DNA from: an uncultured Actinomycetota bacterium
GTDB taxonomy: Bacteria > Actinomycetota > Actinomycetes > Propionibacteriales > Nocardioidaceae
NCBI GenBank assembly: GCA_963760105.1
Contig: CAVXBP010000014.1
Coordinates: 56,787-88,786, forward strand
Reading direction: 5' to 3'
DNA: 32,000 bases
The translations under genes were made by a program, and so were the position numbers. Position 1 is the first letter of the stretch. Every line of letters starts with the position of its first letter. The notes beneath the pieces are model-generated. The model did no database searches, was not told where the DNA came from, and saw nothing but the letters and a program-made list of their open reading frames with translations. Shown in pieces: positions 1 through 9,070 of this stretch.

Positions 1-1
1 C

Positions 2-1687
2 CTCGACGGCACGCGTCACGCGCTCGAGCTGGCCGAGGCGGTCAACGCCGGCACGTTCCACCAGGTCTCGTCGATCGCCGCTGCCGGCGACTTTCACGGC
101 ACGTTCACCGAGGAGATGTTCGACGAGGGCCAGGGTTTTCCGTCCGACTACCACCGGACCAAGTTCGGCTCCGAAAAGCTCGTACGCGAGAGCGCGACCA
201 TGCCGTGGCGGGTCTACCGACCTGCCGTCGTGGTTGGCGATTCCGAGACGGGCGAGATCGACAAGATCGACGGACCCTACTACTTCCTGCCCATGCTGAA
301 GGGGCTACGCGATCACCTGCCTGCGTGGCTGCCACTGGCCGCTGCAGGACTCGGCCGCACCAACATCGTCCCGGTCGACTTCGTGGCCAAGGCCATGAAT
401 GAGCTGGCGCACCAACCGGGTCTCGACGGCCGCGCCTTCCACCTGGTCAATCCGACTCCACAGTCCAACCTCGACGTCATGACGACACTTGCGGGGGCGG
501 CGGGAGCACCTCAGATCCGGCTCTCGGTCGACAACGTCGTGACCGACAGGGTCACTGACACCCTGCTCAGCTCGGTCGTCGCCAGGGTGGTCAGCTCAGG
601 GCCCGGCCACGCCATCGCGCAGGCGACCGCCGGCCGTCTCGGCGTGCCCCCAGAGGTGTTGGCGCATCTCAATCTCCCGACGACGTTCGATTCCACCGCG
701 ACGATGGCCGCGCTGGCCACGTCCGGCATCGAGGTGCCTGCGCTGGCGACGTACGCGCCGGCTCTCTGGGACTACTGGGAACAGAATCTCGACCCGACGA
801 TTCGTGCGGATCGCGGGACTCGTACGGCGGTCAAGGGCACCAACATCATCATCACCGGGGCAACCTCCGGCATCGGCAAGGCCTCGGCCCTGCGGCTCGC
901 AGCCCTGGGCGCCAACGTGATTCTGGTGGCCCGCGGCGTCGAGGCGCTCGAGCTCTGCGTCGACGAGATCCGGTCCCGCGGCGGAAGTGCGACGGCCTAC
1001 CCGTGCGACCTCGCCGACCTCGATGCGATCGACAGCCTGGTGAAGCAGCTCGAGGTCGACTTCGAGGGCATCGACTACGTGATCAACAATGCGGGACGGT
1101 CAATCCGTCGCTCGCTGCGGCTGTCGTACGAGCGGTTCCACGACTTCGAGCGGACGATGCAGCTCAACTACTTCGGCGCCATCCGACTCGTCATGGGCCT
1201 GACTCCCGGCATGGCCAAGCGACGGCGCGGCCATGTCGTCAACATCTCGTCGATCGGTGTGCAGACCAACGCCCCGCGGTTCTCGGCCTACATCGCCTCG
1301 AAAGCAGCCCTGGATGCGTGGACGCGTGTCGTCAGCTCAGAGCTGCACGATCGGGGCGTCACGTTCACGACGATCCACATGCCGCTCGTGCGGACCCCGA
1401 TGATTGCGCCGACCAAGCTCTACGACCGGTTCCCGGCGATCAGTCCGGCTCAGGCGGCCGAGATGGTGTTGAAGGCCATCCGTGACAAGCCGCACGAGAT
1501 CAACACGCTCGGCGGCACCGCGGGCGAGATCGGTCACGCGCTGGCGCCGCGAGCAGCGTTCAGCGTGCTCAACCGCGCGTACAAGCTGTTTCCTGACTCG
1601 ACTGCGGCCCGTGGTGAGGAGGCGGGCAGGGAAGCAACCCGCGAGCAGCTGACCTTGGCGCGCATCCTCAAGGGCGTGCACTGGTAG
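2..1687 (+). CDS. Fused fatty acyl-CoA/thioester reductase-like domain plus C-terminal short-chain dehydrogenase (Acr/FcrA-like); 5' end lies upstream of the window
   Basis: The frame is open from the window edge (LDGTRHALELAEAVNAGTFHQVSSIAAAGDF...) and runs into ORF 116..1687. The N-terminal half resembles NAD_binding_4 reductase domains. The C-terminal half has SDR motifs TGATSGIGK, NNAG and YIASK (YxxxK). Confidence 0.75.
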   Translation, partial: LDGTRHALELAEAVNAGTFHQVSSIAAAGDFHGTFTEEMFDEGQGFPSDYHRTKFGSEKLVRESATMPWRVYRPAVVVGDSETGEIDKIDGPYYFLPMLKGLRDHLPAWLPLAAAGLGRTNIVPVDFVAKAMNELAHQPGLDGRAFHLVNPTPQSNLDVMTTLAGAAGAPQIRLSVDNVVTDRVTDTLLSSVVARVVSSGPGHAIAQATAGRLGVPPEVLAHLNLPTTFDSTATMAALATSGIEVPALATYAPALWDYWEQNLDPTIRADRGTRTAVKGTNIIITGATSGIGKASALRLAALGANVILVARGVEALELCVDEIRSRGGSATAYPCDLADLDAIDSLVKQLEVDFEGIDYVINNAGRSIRRSLRLSYERFHDFERTMQLNYFGAIRLVMGLTPGMAKRRRGHVVNISSIGVQTNAPRFSAYIASKAALDAWTRVVSSELHDRGVTFTTIHMPLVRTPMIAPTKLYDRFPAISPAQAAEMVLKAIRDKPHEINTLGGTAGEIGHALAPRAAFSVLNRAYKLFPDSTAARGEEAGREATREQLTLARILKGVHW

Positions 1688-1699
1688 GTCGGGGCTAGC

Positions 1700-2005
1700 G
1701 TGGAGCACATGACGATCACCGCAACACTCCAAATGCGATTCAAGCCTGATCTCCTGGATGAGGCCAAGACTGTGCTGGCTCGGGTGCTTGCCGAGACACG
1801 TGCCTTCGACGGCAACGTGGGCGTTGACGTGCTCGTGGACCTCGAGGACGCCGGCCACTGGGTCGCGAACGAGATCTGGGAGTCCGTCGAGCACGATGAC
1901 GCCTACCGGGCGTTTCGCGCGGGCGAAGGCAAGATCACCGATCTGGGGCCCCTGCTCGCCGCCGCGCCCGTCCTCACCCGGTGGGCTCCGATCGACGGAG
2001 TCTGA
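1700..2005 (+). CDS. ABM (antibiotic-biosynthesis-monooxygenase-like) domain protein
   Basis: About 100 aa with a ferredoxin-like ABM pattern (TLQMRFKP...WVANEIWES...AYRAF). It starts 13 nt after the upstream stop. The start is GTG 1700 or ATG 1709. Confidence 0.55.
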   Translation: MEHMTITATLQMRFKPDLLDEAKTVLARVLAETRAFDGNVGVDVLVDLEDAGHWVANEIWESVEHDDAYRAFRAGEGKITDLGPLLAAAPVLTRWAPIDGV

Positions 2006-2035
2006 CCTCGCCCTCTGGCGCGGCTCCGGCTTCAG

Positions 2036-2896
2036 TCACTCGTATCCGTAGAAGCCCTGGTGACTCTTCTTGCCGAGCAGTCCGGCGTCGACCATGCGGT
2101 CGAGCAGGGGCGGCGGCGAGTAGAGCGGCTCCTTGAACTCCTCATACATCGAGACGCCGATCGCGCGAATCGTGTCGAGGCCGATCAGATCGCTGAGAGC
2201 GAGCGGGCCCATCGGGTGACCGCAGCCGAGCACCATGCCCCGATCGATGTCTTCGGCGGAGGCATATCCGGCCTCGTACATGCGAATGGCGGACAGCAGG
2301 TAGGGCACGAGCAGGCTGTTGACGACGAAGCCCGCACGGTCAGTGGCGTCGATCGGCTTCTTGCCCAGTGAGTCGGTGACCCAGGAACGCATCCGATCGA
2401 GCGTGTCCGGCGACGTGGTCAGCGACGGGATGAGCTCAACGAGCTGCATGACCGGCGCCGGGTTGAAGAAGTGCACGCCCATCACATGGTGCGGGCGTCC
2501 TGACACGGCTCCGAGCTTCACGATCGGGATGGATGAGGTGTTGGAGGCGAGGATCGCGTCATGCTTGGTCAGGATCTGGCCGACGCGGCGAAACAGCTCC
2601 AGCTTGATCTCCTCGACCTCGGACGCGGCCTCGACGACCAGGTCGCAGTCGGCAAGTGCCTCAAGGTCTTCGCTGAAGGCGATGCGCGTGAGTACGGCGT
2701 CCACCTCGATCGAATCGATCTTGCCGCGCTGCTCGGCGCGACGCAGCGATGACTCGACGCGTTCGGCCGCGGCCTTGGCGGCGTCGGCGCTGACCTCGAC
2801 CACCACGACGTCGAGGCCTGCGCGAGCAGCGACCTCGGTGATGCCGGACCCCATCAGCCCTCCGCCGATGACGCCGACTCGTTCGATGTTGCTCAT
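2036..2896 (-). CDS. fadB2: 3-hydroxybutyryl-CoA / 3-hydroxyacyl-CoA dehydrogenase
   Basis: Rossmann motif VGVIGGGLMGSGI and a full-length HBD/HCDH-like sequence (NTSS, HFFNPAP). ATG 2896, preceded by GGGGCAAAG, is preferred over the upstream TTG at 2911. Confidence 0.85.
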   Translation of the reverse strand: MSNIERVGVIGGGLMGSGITEVAARAGLDVVVVEVSADAAKAAAERVESSLRRAEQRGKIDSIEVDAVLTRIAFSEDLEALADCDLVVEAASEVEEIKLELFRRVGQILTKHDAILASNTSSIPIVKLGAVSGRPHHVMGVHFFNPAPVMQLVELIPSLTTSPDTLDRMRSWVTDSLGKKPIDATDRAGFVVNSLLVPYLLSAIRMYEAGYASAEDIDRGMVLGCGHPMGPLALSDLIGLDTIRAIGVSMYEEFKEPLYSPPPLLDRMVDAGLLGKKSHQGFYGYE

Positions 2897-2910
2897 CTTT
2901 GCCCCCTGCA

Positions 2911-2934
2911 AGATAGTAGGACGTCATACTATCT
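2911..2934. promoter_or_regulatory. 24-bp near-perfect palindrome (operator candidate) in the fadB2 / lipoprotein divergent region
   Basis: AGATAGTAGGAC|GTCATACTATCT has 11 of 12 symmetric positions. It is AT-rich in a GC-rich genome and lies 14 nt upstream of the fadB2 ATG. It overlaps TANNNT-type -10 candidates on both strands. Confidence 0.5.
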
Positions 2935-2999
2935 GGTTGCCCCTATTCTCCATTGCGCGCCTCCGCAGGCGTGGGAGGGCCGCGTGATGGGATGTGACC

Positions 3000-3413
3000 A
3001 TGCGAGTGCTGGCGGTCGTGGTCATGCTGGTGCTGGCGGGTTGTGGCGGGAGCGAAGCGGCCAAGAAGCCCACGGCCAAGCCCACTGCGACGGTGACCAC
3101 CACCAAGGCGGCGCCCAAGCCGACGGTCGCCGCGCCGATCGGCACCCCGGCTCCCGAGTCCCTGTCGCAGTTTCTGTGCGCCAAGGACGCCAAGGGTGTG
3201 TGGAATGCGTCGGGCACGATCTCCAACTCCGGCAAGAGCAAGGCGACCTACCAGGTCACGGTCCACGTCGGTGAGGCCGCTGGCAGCGCCGAGCAGGCGA
3301 TGACCAAGCAGCTACCCAACATCGAAGGACGAGGCTCGGTGAAGTTTGCGCTCGTGAAGGTTCCCGCGCCCAAGGCCGGTGGCACGTGTCACGTGCAGGT
3401 CCTCCGCCGGTGA
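3000..3413 (+). CDS. Small secreted lipoprotein, unknown function
   Basis: Signal peptide with lipobox (MRVLAVVVMLVLAGC) followed by a Lys/Pro/Thr/Ala-rich linker. GTG 2994 is an alternative start. Confidence 0.6.
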   Translation: MRVLAVVVMLVLAGCGGSEAAKKPTAKPTATVTTTKAAPKPTVAAPIGTPAPESLSQFLCAKDAKGVWNASGTISNSGKSKATYQVTVHVGEAAGSAEQAMTKQLPNIEGRGSVKFALVKVPAPKAGGTCHVQVLRR

Positions 3414-3447
3414 TCGTTCACTGCTGACACCTCACTAAAGTGGCGTC

Positions 3448-4281
3448 ATGACCACCGCACCTGTCACCTGGACCACCGTCGGCGAGTACGACGACATCTC
3501 GTACGAGACCTCGCCCGAAGGCATCGCGAAGATCTCCATCTGCCGCCCCGAAGTCCACAACGCGTTCCGCCCACAGACCATCATCGAGATCGGGCACGCG
3601 CTGAACGTCGCCCGTGAGGACGAGAGCGTCGGTGTCATCATCCTCACCGGCCAGGGCGACAAGGCATTCTGCTCCGGCGGTGACCAGCGCGTACGCGGCG
3701 ACAGTGGCTACAAGACCGACGAGAACGCGGTCGGTCGCTTCCACGTCACCGACCTGCACGTGCAGATGCGCCGCCTGCCAAAGCCGATCATCGCGCAGGT
3801 GGCGGGGTGGGCCATCGGCGGAGGTCACGTCCTGCACCTCGTCTGCGACCTGACGATTGCCGCCGACAACGCTGTCTTCGGGCAGGTGGGTCCCAAGGTC
3901 GGTTCGTTCGACGGCGGCTACGGCGCCAGCGTGCTCTCCGACCTCGTCGGGCCCAAGAAGGCCAAGGAGATCTGGATGCTGTGCCGTCAGTACGACGCCC
4001 AGCAGGCGCTCGACATGGGCCTCATCAACACCGTGGTCCCGCTCGCCGAGCTCGAGGCCGAGACGATTCAGTGGTGCCGCGAGATGCTCGAGCTGTCGCC
4101 GTACGCGTTGCGCTTGAGCAAGGCGAGCTTCCACGCCCACGAGGACGGCTACGCCGGCATCCAGCAGCTCGCCCACGACACCAATCTGCTGTTCTACGGC
4201 AATGCCGAGGCGCAGGAAGGGCGCGAGGCCTACAAGGCCAAGCGCAAGCCCGACTTCAGCCAGTTCCCCAAGCGCGCCTGA
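3448..4281 (+). CDS. menB: 1,4-dihydroxy-2-naphthoyl-CoA synthase
   Basis: Crotonase fold with MenB-typical stretches: [47 protein letters not shown] and the C-terminal [22 protein letters not shown]. Confidence 0.9.
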   Translation: MTTAPVTWTTVGEYDDISYETSPEGIAKISICRPEVHNAFRPQTIIEIGHALNVAREDESVGVIILTGQGDKAFCSGGDQRVRGDSGYKTDENAVGRFHVTDLHVQMRRLPKPIIAQVAGWAIGGGHVLHLVCDLTIAADNAVFGQVGPKVGSFDGGYGASVLSDLVGPKKAKEIWMLCRQYDAQQALDMGLINTVVPLAELEAETIQWCREMLELSPYALRLSKASFHAHEDGYAGIQQLAHDTNLLFYGNAEAQEGREAYKAKRKPDFSQFPKRA

Positions 4282-4305
4282 GCCATTCCGCTCGCAAGGC
4301 CGACG

Positions 4306-4343
4306 AAGGAGGCCGTGAGGGAGCGAGGACTGGCGGCCTCCTT
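4306..4343. terminator. Candidate bidirectional hairpin between convergent menB and fprA
   Basis: AAGGAGGCCG (4306-4315) pairs perfectly with CGGCCTCCTT (4334-4343), giving a 10-bp stem. The loop is large (18 nt) and there is no clear U-tract. Confidence 0.4.
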
Positions 4344-4352
4344 GGGGGACGC

Positions 4353-5705
4353 TCAGCTGCGGGAGATCTCGACCATCTCGTCGCGGGGAACGACCTTGAT
4401 GCGCGGGCGGCCGGCCGCCTCGCCGAGGGCGATCTCGTGCTCCTCGAGCTTCTCGAAGCCGTCCCACGTCGTGTACTCGAGTCCGCGACCCTCGAGGTAG
4501 CGGTCGACCGCCTCGCGCTCGGGGTTCTCGGGTGCGGGGAGCTGGTCGACGTCGGCCAGCAACAGCGCAATCGTCTGGGCGGCGTCAGACTTGGTGTGGC
4601 CGATCAGGCCGACCGGGCCACGCTTGATCCAACCCGTGACATAGGCGCCGGCAAGTGGCTCGCCGTCGATGTCGATCACCCGGCCGCCGTCGTTGGGGAC
4701 CGTGGCGCTCGCGTTGTCGAACGGAAGCCCCGCAAGGTTGTCCGAGCGGTAGCCGACGGCGCGGTAGACCGCCTGCACGGGCCAGTCCTTGAGCTCGCCG
4801 GTGCCGCGCACGTTGCCGGTGCCGTCCAGCTCGGTGACTTCAGTTCGCAGACCCACAACCTTGCCGTCATCACCGAGGATCTCGACGGGGTTCTGGCAGA
4901 AGTGGATGTGAATGCGGTGGGCGGCGCCGGTCGGCTCCTTGGCGAGGTAGTTCTGCAGCACGTCGACGACGAGCTTGACCGACTTGGACGCCCGGATCGC
5001 ATCCATCGATCCCTCGTCGAGCTCAAATCCCTCGGGGTGAACGATGACGTCGACGTTGGGGGAGTGCGAGAGCTCGCGCAGCTCCATCGGGGTGAACTTC
5101 ACCTGCGCGGGTCCACGGCGTGCAAAGACGTGCACGTCCTTGGTCGCGTTGGCGCGCAGGCCGCGGTAGACGTTGTCAGGGATGTCGGTTGAGAGCTGCT
5201 CGTCTGCGGTCTTGGCGAGCATGCGGGCAACGTCGAGGCCCACATTGCCGACGCCGAGGACGGCAACCGACTCCGCGGCGGGGTCGAAGGGCCAGTCGCG
5301 CGGGACGTCGGGGTGACCGTCATACCAATAGACGAAGTCGGCCGCGCCGAATGAGCCCTTGAGGTCGATGCCCGGTATGTCGAGGTCGCGGTCGGCGCGC
5401 GCGCCGGTGGCGAAGATGACGGCGTCGTAGAACTGCTGCAGGTGATCGAGCTTGAGGTCGGCGCCGTAGTTGACGTTGCCGAAGAAGCGGATGCCGTCGT
5501 GGGAGAGCACACGCTTGAGCGCCTTGATGATCTCCTTGATGCGGGGGTGGTCCGGCGCGACGCCGTAGCGGATCAGCCCGAACGGCGTGGGATCGCGATC
5601 GATGAGGTCGATCGTGACATCGACCTCGGACTTGGTCAGGATGTCGGCGGCATAGATGCCCGCCGGTCCTGCTCCAATCACCGCGACGCGCAACTGCCTG
5701 GTCAT
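4353..5705 (-). CDS. fprA: Ferredoxin/adrenodoxin-type NADPH reductase
   Basis: VAVIGAGPAGIYAA dinucleotide motif, YGVAPDHP and a second VLGVGNVGLDVARML Rossmann motif. Length is about 450 aa. ATG 5705 lies 5 nt after AGGAG. Confidence 0.85.
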   Translation of the reverse strand: MTRQLRVAVIGAGPAGIYAADILTKSEVDVTIDLIDRDPTPFGLIRYGVAPDHPRIKEIIKALKRVLSHDGIRFFGNVNYGADLKLDHLQQFYDAVIFATGARADRDLDIPGIDLKGSFGAADFVYWYDGHPDVPRDWPFDPAAESVAVLGVGNVGLDVARMLAKTADEQLSTDIPDNVYRGLRANATKDVHVFARRGPAQVKFTPMELRELSHSPNVDVIVHPEGFELDEGSMDAIRASKSVKLVVDVLQNYLAKEPTGAAHRIHIHFCQNPVEILGDDGKVVGLRTEVTELDGTGNVRGTGELKDWPVQAVYRAVGYRSDNLAGLPFDNASATVPNDGGRVIDIDGEPLAGAYVTGWIKRGPVGLIGHTKSDAAQTIALLLADVDQLPAPENPEREAVDRYLEGRGLEYTTWDGFEKLEEHEIALGEAAGRPRIKVVPRDEMVEISRS

Positions 5706-5735
5706 GCACACTCCTGGGGGAAGGGAAACCGCCTC

Positions 5736-5754
5736 TTAGGTGAGCCTAAGCGCT
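5736..5754. promoter_or_regulatory. IdeR/DtxR-like iron-box candidate containing the inverted repeat CTTAGG-N4-CCTAAG
   Basis: TTAGGTGAGCCTAAGCGCT matches TWAGGTWAGSCTWACCTWA at 14 of 19 positions by hand count. It lies 31 nt upstream of the fprA start in the fprA / membrane-protein divergent region. Confidence 0.3.
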
Positions 5755-5875
5755 TGGTTCAACCCTCTCTCGACCCGTCTTGCCATGCGAACATCCAGCG
5801 TGTGGCATCGGTCACAGGCTTGGATGGGCCTAGTGTTCGGAGCCGGGGCACGTCGAAGGACTGTGAAGGAGCACC

Positions 5876-7597
5876 ATGGGTCTGATCTCGCCCACTCTGC
5901 CAACTTTCGACGTCGATGCGTGGCGGGCCATGCCTCGTGCCGATCGGACCAAGGCCCTGCAGCAGCACTGGGCGGTCTACGGATTCGGCACCCCTTACGC
6001 GATCTATCTCCTGTACGCGGTCAAGATCGGCCTCTACATCCTTGGTGGCCTGCTGTTCGCCGCCTCGACTCCCGGCATCGGTTCGCTCGGCAATGTGAGC
6101 GACTGGTGGTTCGAGCCGGTGGTGTTCCAGAAGGTCATCATCTGGACGCTGCTGTTCGAGGTGCTCGGCTTCGGCTGCGGATTTGGGCCCTTGACGATGC
6201 GGTTCCTCCCGCCGGTGGGCACGATCCTCTATTGGCTTCGCCCCGGCACGATCCGCCAGCCACCGTGGCCTGACCGGGTGCCCGGCACCCGGGGTTCGCG
6301 CCGCACGCTCGTCGACATCGGGCTGTACGTGGCAGTGATCGCCGCGGCGGTCTACGTGCTGCTCTCGCCCGCCGATCGGGCCGTGACCGGACTTGGAGCA
6401 GATGCGTTCGACCTGATCGAGCCCGCGCGGTTCCTGCCGCTGCTGATCGTGCTCCCGGTGATGGGCCTGCGTGACAAGACGATCTTCCTGGCCGCCCGGT
6501 CCGAGCACTACTGGGTCACCGCGATCGTGTTCCTGTTCCCCTTCGTCGACCTGATCGTGGCTGCCAAGCTGCTCATGGTCGCGATCTGGTGGGGAGCGGC
6601 GACGTCCAAGCTCAACCGGCACTTCCCGTACGTCGTGTCAACCATGATGAGCAACGCCCCGCTGGTGCCGAGGGCATTCAAGCGTCGGTTGTGGCGAGAC
6701 GCAGAGTTCGACGTACGACCGAGCATCGTGTCGCGCGGGTTGGCGCACGGCGGCACCGTGATCGAGTTCAGCGTGCCGCTCATCTTGCTGTTCTCGCGGG
6801 GCGGCTGGGTGACGACGATCGCCTTGGTGGTCATCCTGCTGTTCCACCTGCAGATCCTCACCGCGATCCCGATGGGAGTGCCCCTGGAGTGGAACGTCGT
6901 CATGATGTTCGGCGCGGTGTTCCTGTTCGGTCACTACCCCGACTACGGTCTCACCGACGTCACGGAGCCGTTCCTCGTCTACGGCCTTCTCGCCTTGGTC
7001 GCGGCCACGATCGTCAGCGGCAACCTGCGACCGGACAAGTTCTCATTCCTCCCGTCGATGCGCTACTACGCCGGGACGTGGGCGACCTCGGTCTGGCTGT
7101 TCGGCGAGGGAGCCGAGCAGACGTATGCCGACAAGGTCACGAAGTCGGCCCAGCTCCCACACCGTCAGCTCGCCAAGCTGTACGACGAGGACACCGTCGA
7201 CCTGATGATCGGCAAGCTCGGGGCCTGGCGGGGTCTGCACACCCACGGCAGAGCCATGGTCGGGCTCTATCCGCACGCGGCCGACGATCATGAGGAGCGG
7301 TTCATCGTCGATGGCGAGATGGTCGCGGGATCGGCGATCGGCTGGAACTTCGGCGACGGGCACCTGCACCATGAGGCGCTGCTGGCCGCGATCCAGGAAC
7401 AGTGCGACTACAAGCCCGGCGAGCTGCGGGTCATCATGATGGAGTCGCCCCCGTTCTTCCACGCGGTTCAGCGCTATCGGATCATGGACGCTGCGACCGG
7501 TGTGGTCGAGACGGGCGAGGCGAGGGTTTCCGAGATGGTGAGTCGACAGCCGTGGGACGGCTCGATGCCGTTCAACAACGTGCGTCGGACGTCATGA
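5876..7597 (+). CDS. Large polytopic membrane protein, unknown function (from memory resembles the DUF3556 family; unverified)
   Basis: 573 aa with many hydrophobic segments in the first ~370 aa and a soluble C-terminal ~200 aa. Its stop overlaps the next gene's ATG (ATGA at 7594-7597). Confidence 0.6.
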   Translation: MGLISPTLPTFDVDAWRAMPRADRTKALQQHWAVYGFGTPYAIYLLYAVKIGLYILGGLLFAASTPGIGSLGNVSDWWFEPVVFQKVIIWTLLFEVLGFGCGFGPLTMRFLPPVGTILYWLRPGTIRQPPWPDRVPGTRGSRRTLVDIGLYVAVIAAAVYVLLSPADRAVTGLGADAFDLIEPARFLPLLIVLPVMGLRDKTIFLAARSEHYWVTAIVFLFPFVDLIVAAKLLMVAIWWGAATSKLNRHFPYVVSTMMSNAPLVPRAFKRRLWRDAEFDVRPSIVSRGLAHGGTVIEFSVPLILLFSRGGWVTTIALVVILLFHLQILTAIPMGVPLEWNVVMMFGAVFLFGHYPDYGLTDVTEPFLVYGLLALVAATIVSGNLRPDKFSFLPSMRYYAGTWATSVWLFGEGAEQTYADKVTKSAQLPHRQLAKLYDEDTVDLMIGKLGAWRGLHTHGRAMVGLYPHAADDHEERFIVDGEMVAGSAIGWNFGDGHLHHEALLAAIQEQCDYKPGELRVIMMESPPFFHAVQRYRIMDAATGVVETGEARVSEMVSRQPWDGSMPFNNVRRTS

Positions 7598-8994
7598 CGT
7601 CAGCGGTCGTGGTGGGTTCTGGACCCAACGGGCTCGCCGCCGGCGTCGTGCTCGCCCGCGCCGGCATCGACGTCACCGTGCTGGAGGCCGAGGACGAGAT
7701 CGGTGGTGGCACCCGCTCGGCAGAGCTCACGATCCCCGGACTCACCCACGATGTCTGTTCGGCGACCCATCCAACTGGTGTCGCATCGCCGTTCTTCCGC
7801 TCACTGGAGCTTGAGCGCCACGGGTTGGAGTGGCTCTGGCCAGAGGTCGACGCAGCGCATCCCATCGACGGTGGGCGAGCCGGCGTCATGTTCCGCGACC
7901 TCGACCGTACGGCCGAGATGCTCGGAGAGGACGGCGCCGCATGGCGCAAGCTCTATGCGCCATTGGTCGAGCACAGTGATGCCCTGATCGACGAGCTGTT
8001 CCAGCCCATCGTCCACCTGCCGAAACATCCGATCATGCTGGCGGCGTTCGGCGCCCGCGCGATGCAGCCCGCGTCCTGGATTGCCCGACGATGGAAGACC
8101 GACGAGGCTCGCGGGCTGTTCGCCGGACTGGCGGCGCACGCGATCTATCCACTCAACAAGCCCACGACCGGTGGTCTCGGCCTGATGTTCGGCATGACCG
8201 GACATGCGTACGGGTGGCCCGTCGCCAAGGGAGGCTCGTCAGCGATTGCCCATGCGCTGGCTGCCGAGATCACCGAGCACGGCGGCACGATCGAGACCGG
8301 GCACCGGGTGACTGAGCTTCCCCAGGCCGACATCGTCATGTTCGACACGACGCCCGCCAACGTCCTCAAGATCGCGGGCGATCGGTTGCCCGGACGCGTG
8401 CGTCGCCCGTTCAAGAAGTGGCGACATGGCCCGGGGGTGTTCAAGGTCGATTTCGCGGTTGACGGTGGTGTGCCGTGGACCAACGAATGGGCTCGCAAGG
8501 CCGGCACGGTCCATGTCGGGGGCACCTTCGAACAGCTCAACGCCGCCGAGAAGGACGTGCACGCCGGGCGTATGCCCGAGCGACCGTTCGTCCTGGTGTG
8601 CCAGCAGTACCTCGCCGACCCGGGCCGATCGGTTGGCGATGTCCACCCCGTGTGGGCCTACGCGCATGTTCCGCACGGCTACACCGGCGACGCGACCGAA
8701 GCCGTGATCGCGCAGATCGAGAGGTTCGCGCCGGGCTTTCGTTCGTCGATCGTCGCGACCTCGGTGAGTGGGCCGGCTCAGCTCGAGGCGCACAACGCCA
8801 ACTATCTCGGTGGTGACATCGCCGGTGGCGCCAACGACGCGTGGCAGGTCGTGATGCGCCCTCGGTTGTCGCCCAATCCGTACTCGCTGGGGGTCAAGGG
8901 GCTCTATTTGTGTTCCGCCTCGACGCCCCCGGGTGCGGGTGTTCACGGGATGGGCGGATATCGGGCGGCTACCCACGCTTTGGCCAACCTGTGA
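7594..8994 (+). CDS. Phytoene-desaturase (CrtI)-family NAD(P)/FAD-dependent oxidoreductase
   Basis: N-terminal VVVGSGPNGLAAGVVLARAGIDVTVLEAEDEIGGG motif sits right at ATG 7594. Length is 466 aa. C-terminal flavin-binding-like motif GLYLCSASTPPGAGVHG. Confidence 0.8.
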   Translation: MTSAVVVGSGPNGLAAGVVLARAGIDVTVLEAEDEIGGGTRSAELTIPGLTHDVCSATHPTGVASPFFRSLELERHGLEWLWPEVDAAHPIDGGRAGVMFRDLDRTAEMLGEDGAAWRKLYAPLVEHSDALIDELFQPIVHLPKHPIMLAAFGARAMQPASWIARRWKTDEARGLFAGLAAHAIYPLNKPTTGGLGLMFGMTGHAYGWPVAKGGSSAIAHALAAEITEHGGTIETGHRVTELPQADIVMFDTTPANVLKIAGDRLPGRVRRPFKKWRHGPGVFKVDFAVDGGVPWTNEWARKAGTVHVGGTFEQLNAAEKDVHAGRMPERPFVLVCQQYLADPGRSVGDVHPVWAYAHVPHGYTGDATEAVIAQIERFAPGFRSSIVATSVSGPAQLEAHNANYLGGDIAGGANDAWQVVMRPRLSPNPYSLGVKGLYLCSASTPPGAGVHGMGGYRAATHALANL

Positions 8995-9027
8995 AGATGT
9001 CTCCACAGCAATTGGCTGCCCACATCT
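8995..9027 (+). terminator. Weak nested hairpin just after the oxidoreductase stop
   Basis: AGATGT (8995-9000) pairs with ACATCT (9022-9027), enclosing CAGC (9006-9009) and GCTG (9015-9018). No U-tract follows. Confidence 0.25.
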
Positions 9028-9070
9028 CTGACAACAGCGTCACTGACAGCCCAGTTCAGGAGTCCGACCG

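Noticed and set aside
3448-4281. menB without neighbouring men genes as an anomaly
   Set aside because: Menaquinone genes are frequently scattered in actinobacterial genomes. The gene looks intact and ordinary.
3418-5192. Long ORFs 3418..4467 (-) and 3807..5192 (+) overlapping menB and fprA
   Set aside because: They show the same GC3-driven shadow effect and have Arg/Gly/Pro-rich low-complexity translations. menB and fprA on the opposite strands are clearly genuine.
7402-7593. N-terminal extensions offered by the ORF track: 7402 for the oxidoreductase, 10340 for the RnfD-FNR protein, 24218 for the permease and 13242 for hypA
   Set aside because: The extensions overlap upstream genes and translate to Arg/Pro/Thr-rich junk. 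The conserved N-terminal motifs begin at the downstream starts, which also show ATGA/RBS coupling.
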